Shown here: piece by piece, positions 1-12,990 of the stretch
Layout of the letters: the number at the start of each line of letters is the position of its first letter
Numbering within the stretch: the stretch's first letter is position 1
Source of the DNA: Phoronis australis
Lineage: Eukaryota; Animalia; Phoronida
DNA: 64,000 nucleotides
Reading direction: 5' to 3'
Assembly (NCBI GenBank): GCA_002633005.1
Contig: NMRA01000160.1
Location: 502,277-566,276, forward strand
The notes under the pieces: model-generated
Told to the model about the DNA's origin: nothing
Seen by the model: only the letters and a program-made list of their open reading frames with translations
The model's database searches: none
Translations under genes and position numbers: made by a program

Positions 1-247
1 TTCTGTCTTTGATACAAATGTATCTGTCGAGTGACCATCCCTGCTTTTGATAACTGGGCTTCACATATCCTTCCTCCCTTGCTAAAAATGCGTAGGTTAT
101 TTGTGTAAAGTAAACCGTAGGCTTAAAGTTTCGATTGTGCGCACGTAGTGACTTTATCACTACATGTATTTCATATGTCACTGCTGGATTTGGATACATT
201 TGAGCACCTACCTCTTCTCTCTTTCAAGCCTGCATTTATTAGAAGAT

Positions 248-3200
248 ATGGCGACAGGGCTTCATGTCATCGGTGAAGGTAATGGCATCAAAGGTACGAA
301 GGTTTTTTTGTCAAGTAATATTTCAGAGATGGATAGTCTGAATAAGTGTATGAGGCATGTAGTGATTCCCGCAATAGTCCTCAGATGCGGAGCACTCGGC
401 ACTATAGCTCTTATTATTCAACTTAATTTTGCAAGTAGACATTTTGCGGACAGTATTTCGCAAGTGTTGGTGATGCATTTAGTCTCTTTGGTGTCTATCC
501 TTATGCAGTCAGTGTCGTTTCTACACAGACGGATTTAGGGAGCCCAAAGTTGTGCAAGCATTTTTATTTTGAAGCTGTGGTTGGTCCACCCTTGCGACAT
601 TCGGAATCCACCCAGTGCTGTGGTGGGGCGTAGGCTCAGCCAACCATGTTTTGGCATTTGAACGTAGCGCCTACGCATCGTAAGTTACTTTCAGTGCTCA
701 AGGTGATACGGTGGGCTTTGGGTGCCTACTTACCACTAATTTTACCACTACACCACTGAATCCACCAGACATCCTCGTAACGTACGATAGATGTATGGAT
801 TATTTATTTGGTGCTATATATCTTTTATGAAAAAATAAAAATGCCCTTGCCCATCATAGTGTGTCCTAAATTGGCGAATTTTTGTTCTCGTGATTCTTAA
901 AGCGTGTTATTTTGATCCAAAAAATCTTGTATTAGCCGATAAGAATTTCTAACAGTTGACAAGTGAAATCTATAACAATTGTTAATGTTTGATACATGTA
1001 TTTTTCAATGGCAGAATAGTTCCAAACACTTGTGCTAATCAGAATTGTTGTAATTTTCCATCTGGGCTATAAAAGGCTTGCTTGATTTTGACATTGACTA
1101 TTGAAATATTTTATAGGGGCATTTCGCGTTTTTATTTAACAGTTGGTGAGTTCTTAACCGAAGCGTTTTGGTATTAAAAAAATACCTCGTACAGTACGTA
1201 CTCGTAATTTTGCGGTTGGCCAACCCGAAGAATAGGCGGTGGGCCAGGATTTGTAGGGCTTCTAGAAAATGATTTTGTGAGTACTTTAGGGGGGCAATTT
1301 TAAGTCGCTGATGTTTCTGGTAACAGAAGTGGAGCCATATTACTACGGGCCTCAGGAATATGTTATCAGACCGATTCTATGAAAGCGAACGGTCTAATTC
1401 GATTTACGTTTTTAACCAGCTAAACAGGGCAAAATGGAACTTCGATAACTTAGTCCAAAGCCCGAGGTTTAATCTTCGAAATCGAACTCGAAATTAGTTT
1501 CCCATTTTCCAAGATGGGGGTCAAGGGATTTGGACCCTCACCCCCTTTTCCCTTGATTTTAGTGATTTCAAATGTAGAACTTTCAAGTTGTTGACTTGAT
1601 CCCCCCTTCTTAAAGAAATCCTTGACCCGAATCCCAATTTAAAAATCCTGTCTCCGCCCCTGGACTATTCTATTTATGTGCGAACTCAATGTGAAAGGTC
1701 TATTATTCTTTGCTAGAGAGTATTACGGCTCACGCAGATGAGTAGGCCTATGTATTGCAAGACCTCAAGATTCGATGTGAAAACGTGAGATTTTGAGCAA
1801 GAAGTCAAAATTTCGAGTTCAGACTAAGTTATAGCTTTAATGTTCGGGTCATCAAGTGCAAACTAGATTGGACACCATAACGTACTAAGAGCGGACACTG
1901 GCAGGACGGAAAATGTCAAAAATAGTTTCGAGTTCGATTTCGAGTACAAAGATTAAACCCCTGGACCAAAAAATGGACCTCCGCCATTACGTCCGAGTAA
2001 CTTCACACAAACTTGTGCTGGCATTCATGATAAGTTGATCTTTTCTACAGAATTTGGGAAAACTGATATCAAAGTGGAGACGCACATGCTACGACTTAGG
2101 AACACCTTAGTAGAAACAATGGATGAGCTCAAAACCAGAAGGGTAAGCATGACTAGTGCTCATGTTTATTCAGCACTCATCTCTCGCGTACTTACGCCCT
2201 ATACACAGCAGTCCTGGATAGGTTTCTTAACTCTAACAAACTGGTCTCAACAATTGTCTTAAAACCTGTTTTGTTTTCTTTCTGTTTGATAAAAAACTCA
2301 GATGACACCATAGAGCGTGAGGAAACTCGAGTTTTGAATTACTGTTGGCCAACTGTGACATAATAATAGCCTTCAGTTTTGACGTTCATTTGTTGGTAGA
2401 CAGTTACGTGTTTGCACATGGAAATCATTTTCTGTAGGTTTGAGATGTACATGGTGCTACTCGACCTGTGTTATTCCGCAGATCCCAAACACAAAAAATC
2501 ACGCAAATCTTCGCAAGACATAGCCATGGATTACAAAGAAGGTGGCTTTAGACACCCGAAATTCTTGGGTCCGGGAAACATAGCCTGGTTTAGTAGCTTT
2601 GTAAGGAGGAAGTGTAATTCTTTGCACAGGTATTGTAGGTGTGTTGTTGAAGTCAAAGGATCGATTCTGTTCACAGATACTGTGCAGCAAAAATGAAGCA
2701 AAGATTAGACAGTTGCTAAACGATGCACACCAAATGGAAAATAAGCATGTAAGTAGAAATAACTTGAAAGGTACATTTCAAACACTTGTCACCTTTATAT
2801 AGTTCGTTACTGAAATATTTCCCACCGAAAACCATTCTACCAGTCTTTAATTGTTGTCTTCACCTCTCGCAAAATGATCTCTTAGTCGGCTTTTGGAAAC
2901 TACCTGCTTTTGAAGGAGGAGCTGGCCGTCTCACTGCAATGTTTGCATGACGAACGGAAAAAGGATGCTGAAAAATCCAGGAGAGAATGTGAGAAGATAA
3001 AGAAACAGATATACGAAGAAAAGGTGTTGTTGAATTTTATAAAATTTCCTTTTTCGTGGTTATGACTGTTTTTTTGTATTGTTGCTTTGGATATGCAAAA
3101 AATTAACTGTAGTGCTGTTGCTGAGTAGTGAGTGTAAATATGTGACAAATTGTTGTAAACAAATGCTAATGCTGGAGCAGTTATTCATAAACAAATTCAG

Positions 3201-6200
3201 GATAGGTTTCGGAACATGGGAGTAGAGAGACGACCGTTTTGAATCTATAAAAGAAGAAAATATAAAAGTTCTAACCCAATGAGATTGTTCTCACATACTT
3301 ATCAACTTAGTTGATTGGAAACACCACTAAACTTTTTGTTTGAAAGCTTGATACAGAGGCTCTCGTAGTGTCGAAACAATCTCCTTTCTTCAGGTGTGCA
3401 GCTATGTAGCAAAACACCGAGAGGCATAACAAACAAACAAATTAAAACGTTAGCTAGTTTAGTCGTATTTTCAACGATGTCTGTGTTAACAAGGGCTGGT
3501 ACCGAACTATACTGATATTGATAACTAGATTTCTTCAGACATTTCGATCTTCGCACAGGTGGATTTAGGATGTCGCAACGTTAGGACCCAACACAATTAC
3601 TTAGGAAAATACCTGTGTAACCCTAAAAACGGCAAGCTTTTTGGTCGTGTCTGTAGGAGGAGGTCTGTGGGGGGGGGGGGTGCAGACCGTCCTTGTTTCA
3701 GACTTCAGATAAGATCTCCAAGCAAATGCCGTCAATAATATGTGTGAGTTGATTGTCCCCTAGAGTTCGGTTGCTTCTTAAGACTCCGTGGAGCTTGTAT
3801 ATTGGATATTTATGCACTCACAATTCAAAACAGAAATCTGAGTTGTTTCTTGTACCGCATACTCTCGTCGTGGCCTTGATTTTGAATTTTTACTAGGAAA
3901 ATTGCTGCATGACATCGGAAACTCTAGAAAAGGAAGTGAAGAATTTAAAAGAAGCTGTGCAGTCTTTACAGGTAATTAATGCCCTGCTTTATGTAAAGTG
4001 TAGAGAGATGTTGGGGTTTTGTTGTATGTCATGTTGGCACAGTAGTGTTCATAAATAACGAACAAAAGTTTTCCTAAGTCGTGAACCTTTTGACCAGTCG
4101 GGAAGGAAAATTGGAAGGACATGAACAACAAAATCACAAGAACACATGATAGCAAAGTACTTTTCTGCAATAGAAGCAACAGCGTCAATTTTTTGTGCAC
4201 TTAGATTAATATGTTAAAATAAAAAATATGTTTAAACATTTTGGGATTCTGAGGTATCATAATTTTAATTTTAGCTTGAGAAGTATGACCTAGAAAGTCA
4301 ACTAAGGGTCTTCAGCGAGAAAGCTGCCATACAAGTGTCGCATAAGGAAACTTTTTTCAGAAAGTTGGACGAAATTGAGAGCAAGTACCAGGAAATTCGT
4401 AAAGATTGTGACGAGACGGCTTCATTTTGCAACAAACTTCAAAAAAATGGTACGAGATGGTCAGTGTGTAGTGAATGGGAGCAAAAATGAACTCCGTTCT
4501 TTTTCTGCATGTTCTGGCATGCGTATGGATGTATGCTCCGTAAATGTGAATTGTAGTCTTAAGGTTATGTGGGACCCTAGAAAACTGGCCAAATTTGGCT
4601 ACCTTCGGAACATCGTATCTCAGAAATGACCGACTAAATTTATATGGAACATTCAGATACTTTGCTTTAGGCATTGTTCTCCAAATCCCCATAAGGAATT
4701 GTTTTTCAAATGGTCTACTTTTGCATGAAAGGCTATCAAGAACTGGGATTTGATAATGTTTATGAAAGGGAAACGAAGTGTTCATTTAGAAAACTGTTAC
4801 AGCATTTTGATGTTATCTTGGGCATTTATATGAAACGAAATCTGGACATGTTATTACCGTACTCGTCCGCGTTACCCTTCGAATTCGCTCGAATCCTAAC
4901 CCCCCCCCCCTTACTGAAAACGTAGATCTGCCACTGCAATAGGGGTACTCAGTCAGCTGCCAAAATAATGAATCACAAACACATCTTGTAAAAAGTCATC
5001 AGGCACATCAAAAGTTCAAAAAATAAGGTTTTGACCACATGGAACGTGGACAGAATGTTCGACTTTCGCTAATGACAAGTTGATTTTTTGGGCTCTTGCC
5101 TTTGGTTGGGCGCTTCCATTTTGGTGTCAGGAGTGAAAGTCATTAAAAACATGCGTTTAACCAAGACGGGAACAGCAACACAAGTTGGGTTGTCACAATG
5201 GACCATGTCTTTTCTTATTTCAATGCTCAGGGTGGTTACGTTTCGTGCACTGTCACGATGAATCACACAGAGGTTGGCCACGGACGTGATATCCCTGTCA
5301 AGTACTGCTTTGCTGGTTCTTCTACAGATAACGAAATACATTCGACAAGCGCTGTCTCAGTGATCAGTACATGCCGACACGAGTTCCGCGAGTAAGCCAA
5401 AGGAAACAATTGTGTCTCCTTCAGTAAACGGCATGAGAATACGGGTATTTTACCGCCATAGTAAGGCAAGGTCCCGGTTCCGCTAAAACTGATTGATTGT
5501 CACAGAAAGGTAAGCGAGTTGCGTACGTTTTGGAATCTTAATTTTGTGCGACGAAAGTTCACAGAAGCACAGATACTTTTACGGAAATCTCGATCATGAA
5601 AAGTTGGGGGTAGGCGGTAAGCCGAGCGTGGGCGCTTAAAAATGAAAAATTGAAATTTTCGGGGTGGGTGGTAAGCCGAGCATGGGCCGTAACCCGGACG
5701 AGTACAGTAATTGATGTCGTTGGTTTGCTGTGAACGAATGCATCTTTCTGTTTTACCAAATGTTACTGAAAATGCACGGTCACAAGACCCAAGTGGTTGT
5801 ACATTGGTGTAGTGTGGAAAATCCAATTCTACACACGTTCTACTTTCAGAACACATATACTGTCACGGAGTGAAATTCTCTGATGTTTGACTAAATACAA
5901 ACACTTGGGTTGACTAAGTCGAAGCCACGTTAAGTTCCAGCGAGCTGTAACTTAAGCCCCGTAATTAAACGTTCTTCTTCTGAGTTACGCGGTTGTCGCA
6001 AAAGTCACGCATCTTAAAAGATGGAGTCCTTAGCGTCACCGTAACGTCAAATAACAGTACTTCTTCATATTTTGCGATTTTGAGCGTGGCAAATCCGAAT
6101 TTAGTTAAGACAATAGTCTATGAACTCCCGAAAACATTTTCTAAAAAATGAAATTAAAGTCTTAATTCCGAACCAAACCTATTTACGATGGCCGTAGTAT

Positions 6201-9200
6201 TTTTCAGGCTGGTGTCTCAGCTAGGTCGCCTGTACGTTAACGTACAGTCACACTTTTACGTGATTTGTTTGACTATGGGACTGCTTGTCTCGTTAAACAA
6301 AATACCTAACAACAATAACCTTTAGAGTCCTTCTCTCACGCGTTGTTAACCCTTATTACATGGTTAGAAGATGATATAAGGATCCAAGAAGTACCCCATA
6401 ACTAATACACGATCCGTACTCGAAAACAGTTTAAATGAACGCGCCACTCACGATTCGCACCCGAAGAACACCGCCATTTTGAACTTGCCGCGAACCCGGA
6501 AGTACAATTCATTCAGGAACCCAGGCCGAGAAAACGCCGTCAGTGCGACTGGAGCAGTGCCTGTACTGTTACCAGCCAGCAAACGGGGATAAAAAAAATC
6601 GACAGCGCGCCTTAATTTTGATAAAATCAAACTACGAACAATTTTATGGAATTTGCTGAAGAAATGTGGCGAAGAAATTTTGACAGAAATTATTTTGCCA
6701 GACTCGGGACCGCAGCCTATCGGACCCGGTGCGGATCGAGACCAAACACTGGCGAACGGTAAATGCATGCGGTTGCAAGCTGTTTTGTCGAAGTAAAATG
6801 ATAAATCATAAATGCTGCATGTATTCAAGGGTAGTTTCAGACACGTGCATGAAATTACGGGCTGGTTAGTCTTGTGTCACACTGCCGCGGCAGACCTTAG
6901 TTAGCCTCAGTCACCAGCTACCAGTGAAGACTATAGTCGAAATACAGCTTGTTAGTAGGCATATACAGCTTTGCGCCAAGACTACCCTTAGGCCTAACTG
7001 GTCGCTGGCCACAAACACAAAAAACACGAAAATTGAACAAAGTTTCTTTTTTGTAGCAACGTTTGTCAATATGTATCAACGTTAAATCTTCACAAATTAC
7101 AAAGTAGCCGTTTGAACATGCCTTTCAGTTCAGCAAAAGTCGACATTGTAGGTGTCGCCAGAAATGAGACGAAGTCCAACGGGAATTGTGAGCACATTTA
7201 TCACTTAATGAATAACAACTGCGAGGCTGAAATTTGGTGAACACTGCTAAATCGTGCAGAATAATAAGTACAGATATGTCTAACTAAATTTCACCGTAAT
7301 TTGTTGGCGAAAACAATTTACACAAAGTTTTAAACTCGTAACTCATCCCGCTGTCCTCCAATATGGCCGACGCGATCCAAACAAAGTGACCCAAATTTCG
7401 CCACAAAACTTGCAATAAAACTTTACAGTGCTTGCCCCGATTTTGATACTTTTTCGATTTTTACTGAGTAGAATGTACTACCTTTCCGATGATAGCAAAG
7501 TACTTTTTCAAAACGAGAAAAAAAATAAAACCGAAAAAAAAATTGGTTCGACCCAAATTGGTTCCTTGGTTCGACCCGCCTTCGTTAGGAACTAAACACC
7601 AATGCTATTTTAACATATTAAGTACGCGTAACATTCCAAAAAAAAAAATCAACGACCACTAACTACAAACTATAAATACACTACATATGCAAACGAATCA
7701 CGATATATTACTAATAAAACAAAATAATGAAGACTTTTCGAGGAAGCCATAGCACATTCAGTTATAAGGAAAAAATGGCGGCGTTCAGGACAAGTTCCTG
7801 AACTGATGAGCCGGAAATGTGGGTACGGAAATAACCGATGACAACCGGTAATCATACGCTCAGAGAGAAGGTTCAAATACTGTTAAAAAATCGCTTTTGG
7901 CAAGAAAGGCGAAAAGAATATAAAGAAAGGGTTTCGAAAATAAGAATTTATGTAGTAAGTATTTTCGGATACTGGAACCACATGGGCAGTTTGCAAGAAG
8001 GACTTTAGAGGTATATCATCAGTACTAAGTACTTACGTGTTCGATGTGAACAGAAGTCACATTGGTAAAAAGATGAATGGTTCTAAGGGTTTTCGAACAA
8101 CTTAAAAGAAAATTTTTGGTGAAAATTGTCTTTACGATGGATAATACTCAATCCGTTAATAACGTTAGAGGCTGCTCAGTTCTGTTAGGTAACGGTGTCA
8201 CAATTAGTATTCATAGCGAATTCGAACATGGGGGCATGCTAGCGGCGTTATACTTGCACGCGGGATATCATGCCGAGCCATAGGCAATGACCATCGCCTC
8301 TGTTGGCCTAGCCGAGCCATGGAAATAGACCTCTATTGGCAATAATGACATTTGCACACCCGCTTTCACTAAAACTGCAAAACACGAAAAAAATTGTCAG
8401 TCGCAATGGAAATAAAACACAGCAATGTTAGTTTCATGCATATGGTCCCTCGACAGCGAGTCACTCTTTCCCCGAACTGCATGTGTGACTAAGTTCTGAA
8501 ATTAAGAGCAGCTTCAGGATTAGGGGCATGCGCTCAGTTGCCGAATTTTACGGTAATCCATTTGATCCCAGAAATTCTTGTAAAATGAATTAGTTCGGTT
8601 GCAGGCGCATGAACCGGTAAACGCGCGTATTTGGTAATGAAATATTAATGATAACAATAGTAATAATGTCAACAAATCAGAATGATTATTATAAAACAGA
8701 AATAATAATTATAATACTGATAAAAATATAACAATATGTTACAAAAATATTAGTAATAAAACACGAAAATGAAATGATAATAAAATTGTTGTCGAGTTTG
8801 TCACTATTAATATTCGTATAAACAATGAAAATTTCAACTATAAGTACACGTTCTTTATAAGGAATGGCACAACGCGACTAGTTTTGCCAACACTTAAGAG
8901 ATAAGGTGGTGCTAAGGTGAGCTCAAGGCCACAATAAGTAACAACGACTTTTCAATGCAAGTCAAGGTGACCTCACGCTGAGGTGGCTTCAAGTTAGCGG
9001 ATTTGCGTGTACTGTGAATGAGAGGCTAACTTAAGGTGACCTTAAGATAGAGTGGCTTTGGGTTAGTCCCTCTCAGTCGAGCTTGGCTTGCCTTTTGTAG
9101 ACTAAGTGCCTTGCGAGAAAAGCAAGGCCATGCAAGTCTTGGCGAAATATCGCCATGGATTTCCATCGAAATAGGTGACCACACCAGATTTTCTCGCTGG

Positions 9201-12200
9201 TTCTCGGGAACGTGACCATGATTTAGTTTGAATACTATACCTGAATACTTTCCAGAACGAACTGTCTCTGTCTGAAATTTTAAAAACGACTTTAGCAATT
9301 AGTAAATAAAGTTCAGTGCTTTGCGGTGTGAAAATTACCAATACCCACGTTTGTTTGTCCGCGAGAACGGGCAACGAGGATATTTTAGTTGGGTTGGTTA
9401 ATCCTGGAAATTTTCAAAATATCATAAATAATTCGGGCAGACTGGGCAGAAATTTTGTCAATTGTCTTTTTTGCTAAACCCTATATAACTGTTTTGCCTT
9501 CAGTTCGTAAGATTCCTACCCTTGTAATAGGGACAACAAAAAACGAGATGGATTGTTGAGAAAAAGGTAAGCACTCTGAAGCTCAGTGCTTATGTATATC
9601 TCAGTTGAAGCTGCGGTGAAGTGCAACAAATCCTTGATGAGGGTAAACCATCATTTTAACTGTGAACTTGACTGGAAACAACAAGAAATAGATACGCTGA
9701 AACTATCTAGGCCTCAGGGAACCCTCCATGCAGGGACAAGAGACCACCAGGGGGAGTTATACGAGAGAGACGAGGGGATAGCAGTACTCAAGGCTCAGCT
9801 GAATGCGGTCAGTAATACCACGTAAAACTAGCTGTTTAAATCACTCCCAAAATAGCCGTTCCTGTGTGTTAAGAATGTAGAATTAGCCTCATCGATAGAA
9901 AGATGTCACAAAACAGAAATATTTTGTTAATTATATTCCTGTGTGTATTTACGTGTTTACTAACAATTTCGTAGAATTTGAGTTCAGTAGCGTCCATGTG
10001 TCGCGACCAACCTAAGAATTCTATATTAAAATCTGTTGATTTAAAAAATGGATGCAATGTTGAAAGAGCGTTGCCCATGAATAGGGCTTACCTAAATTGG
10101 CTCGAGTCAGAATTTGTATTGTACAGGTGTCGAGCAATGGCGGATTTAAGGGAGGGAGCAAGGGGGCCATAGCCCCCCCCCCCCCCTAAAATTCTCCCAG
10201 ATTCCATTAGGCAGTTTGGGTTGCGAATGTCTGAATGGCAAAATCCTGGCTAATACTCTGCCCTGCCCCTCCCCCCCCCCAATTCAAAATCCTGAATCCA
10301 CCCCTGGTGACGAAAGACTGAGAACTTACCTCGTAGTGTTTACTGGTGATGTCCAACATCTCTCAGGCAGCAATTTTTGTGTGAGATGTGATCTTTCGCT
10401 TCACCATCAGCCAATCTTTGTACATGAAATTTGTCGTTCTGCGAAACAACTTTTCACTTTTTTATAAAACGTCCGTAAGTGCACGTATCAATGATCTAAA
10501 CCAACAAGTCGTTATTTCTCAATTTATCAAAAGGTAGCGCTTTGGGTAACTTGGAACCATGAGTTTCAAAGCGTTATAAGATTTACCTCGCTAACAATCC
10601 TTTTATAAACGTTTCTCCGGTATCTCATATTTTTACTGGCTTTGATCTTCAGGGCTGCCAAAACTGTAGGCTACATCTATTCGTTGCTTTGTCATACCTG
10701 CCTGAAGAAAGTTTATTAAAGCGAATTCAAGCCTTTTATGGAAACCTTGAGACATAGTTTTGCGCTTCTTATTTGTGTTTAGGAATCGCTGCTACTGCTT
10801 TGTAGACAGTTGTGCCAACTTTATATGGTAAACATGTGTTTCAAAGATAATCTTTATTTCATTTTTTCATTTATATGTTGAGGACCACTCACATGCATTC
10901 TCCGCCAATGTACTAAGTCTTCACACCAGAAAACTTCGTGTGCGTTTGCATGATGGAAGACAAATCGTGCAGAAATGTTCATTTTTATTTACTTAGTAAG
11001 AGAAATGAATTTAACACGTCTTATTTTGTGCTTTTGCAGCAAAAATCTGTCATTGAGCGATTAACTCAAAGCAGAAATTCAGAAGAACACAAGAAAATGG
11101 TATGTCTTGCCTGTCACCGTGTGCAAGTTCGTTGTTATCTAAAACTTCAAAAAATGTTTGTCTGTATTTTCCATGTCAGCTTCCATTTCTACAGTCAGTG
11201 GTTTATATATACCATAAATATGTAATTCTTAAACCAGCGTAGAAATGTATATCTGCCCCGTTAGCAGAAGGTCCTGGGTTCAAGTCCCGGTGGAGGCAGA
11301 AATCTTTTCAGACAAATCTTCATTAAGTCACGTGATGTGGCCAGTGGTGGCATGCTGACCAGACTTAAAAATGTTTGCTATACTGTCAGTGATTATTATT
11401 GCCTTCATATGCGCGAACCTTGCTTAAAAATGGGGGCCTCGAATTTTTGATAATGTGGACCTTTTACTAAGATTCACGGGTACCTTCAGAGCTATGAATT
11501 GTGCATTTTCCGAATTTTGGTAGTTCCTGCGATTTTAGTGAACTTTTGTCTCGTTTTCTACTTTTTTCGGAGTTTTCGTTTCTCTGAGGCGGACCTTTTT
11601 GCTCACTTCGCGCTAAATGGGGGGGGCTCAAACGAGCATGCTTCATTGTTTCAATTTTCAACCATGGATTTTGAATTTTATTCCGTCAATAGATGGCGTT
11701 GGAGTCGGTGGAGAGAATGAACAAGTTGCTCATAACAACCAACACGGTAGCGTCCAATGGTAACAAAAATTGTTGCCGTGCCACACAGACTGAAGACAGT
11801 TTGAGACACATTGATATCAAATGTCAGTCGACCCAAACAACTGATCCAAAATTTAGTTGCTTTGAACGAGTCGACTCAGGAGAGCTACATGATAGCTTCC
11901 TTCAGGAGAAAGTCTCCTTAAATCCATTGGATGTGGAAGCTGCCGCATCACTTGACCGCGTGTTAAGTGCAAAGGTTTGTCTATGCATTTTTAATCAGAT
12001 TTTTAGTTCACTTTTGAATTCTACTTCTTGCCTGAGATAAGTTTTAAGAATGAAACTGAGGTACAAAACTGTCTCTTCTTTACTGCATGAAATGTAAGAA
12101 TCCGAGTCTGCTCAAACTGCATGAAATTTAAGAATACGAATGTCGATAAAGAAACAACAATAAATAAACTCCACCTTTCGGGCATCAAAGGGTACAAGAG

Positions 12201-12990
12201 ACAAGGCGGAGGTCAAGGTAGTGCAGGCTACAGGAATACAAATTAGGTACAAGATATGTTGAATACACAGTTCCACTTACACTTAACAACCATGAGATTG
12301 GGACAATTACTATATGCACTGACAACTAATGCAGGTCTGATTGCCACCAATGGGATGGACTTTCAAGTAAGACTGCTAAGTGTAAATGGAATGTCGTGTT
12401 CCACAAAACATGTCTAAATGGAATTTGCTGTCCCAATACTTCAAATTACCCATCAAGAAACAAGCATGAATACAAGGTGAACGCGGCCGTGACAATCAAC
12501 CCAGCATAAATTGGTATTACTCACATCAATGACATCCCAATTTTATAAAACATCTTAGGTATGAAAAGTTCATCTTTTCGTATTTTATACGGTTTTACTC
12601 AGTTTTTATCATCGTTATACATTGTTATCTTCAAATCCATGGGATGGAACTCTTTGTTCCGGTGTTTTGATTGAATTAGGGATCCTAATTAGACATGATA
12701 AAATAACGAAACTGAATGGAGTTGACTGATTAATTCAACAGGGAGATTCACCTTTATTTCGTCGATTTTAACTTGGCCTAATTAGCGATACATGGATATT
12801 TAATGTCTTTTTGGTATTAATTCATATCTTATTATCGTTCAACGTATGAAATGTGTGGCTCACCTTTGTTCCATTTAATGTATGGTTATAATGCAAGTAT
12901 TCGTCATTCAGGGAGTGGGGCAAGAAATACTTCAGCCTGAGAACGGGCTGCCAATAATGGAGCAGACACCAACAACGGAAAGTACTGATG
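248..12990 (+). CDS. CCDC73: CCDC73-like coiled-coil protein, multi-exon; last exon not securely placed
   Basis: GT-AG exons with compatible phases: 248-278 (MATGLHVIGE), 2051-2142 (FGKTDIKVETHMLRLRNTLVETMDELKTRR), 2677-2748 (ILCSKNEAKIRQLLNDAHQMENKH), 2916-3023 (EELAVS...QIYEEK), 3897-3971 (ENCCMTSETLEKEVKNLKEAVQSLQ), 4275-4449 (LEKYDLESQL...KLDEIESKY...KLQKN), 9605-9807 (VEAAVKCNKSL...LKAQLNA), 11040-11099, 11693-11974, 12912-12990. The peptide is colinear with human CCDC73 as I recall it (LLDFKTSLLEALEELRMRR...EEEK...[20 protein letters not shown]...LSEIEKYY...KLEQNVREAIQSNKRL). Orthology is from memory, not from a search. Confidence 0.8.
1466..1959. mobile_element. MITE-like element with ~30-bp inverted repeats and a nested MITE fragment
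   Basis: ggtttaatcttcgaaatcgaactcgaaatta (~1466-1496) is an inverted copy of tagtttcgagttcgatttcga...aagattaaacc (~1923-1959). The internal segment ending ...tccgcccctg (~1662) resembles the end of the GGCGGAT MITE family. Confidence 0.55.
4559..4700 (+). repeat. Dispersed repeat family, probably the end of a non-autonomous DNA transposon (TTAA-flanked, Kolobok-like)
   Basis: ttaaggttatgtgggaccctagaaaa...tatctcagaaat...ggaacattcagata recurs at ~43968-44100 (+) and, inverted, at ~22680-22751 and ~29345-29462. The superfamily assignment is inference. Confidence 0.55.
10135..10306 (+). mobile_element. MITE family A copy (TIR CAGTGGCGGAT...ATCCGCCCCTG type)
   Basis: Shares the core gcgaatgtctga...aaaatcctggctaatactctgccctgccc with the copies at 17687-17834 and 32359-32513. 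TIRs are degenerate. Confidence 0.8.
11252..11298 (+). pseudogene. tRNA-derived fragment (anticodon arm + T arm), probable SINE head
   Basis: tctgc-cccgtta-gcaga stem-loop followed by aggtcctgggttcaagtcccggtggaggca (B box, T arm). No 5' acceptor or D arm. Confidence 0.5.
11408..11640 (+). mobile_element. MITE family B copy with 5-bp TSD CTTCA
   Basis: Inverted homolog of 53027-53290. Flanked by cttca at 11403-11407 and 11641-11645. Confidence 0.75.

Noticed and set aside
6440-7830. CpG-rich segment with YY1-like (AAAATGGCG) and ETS-like (CCGGAAGT) motifs in the 5-kb CCDC73 intron
   Set aside because: No associated exon or credible ORF found; could equally be transposon-derived.
11252-11298. 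Functional tRNA gene
   Set aside because: 5' half of the cloverleaf and A box are missing; treated as a SINE or pseudogene fragment.
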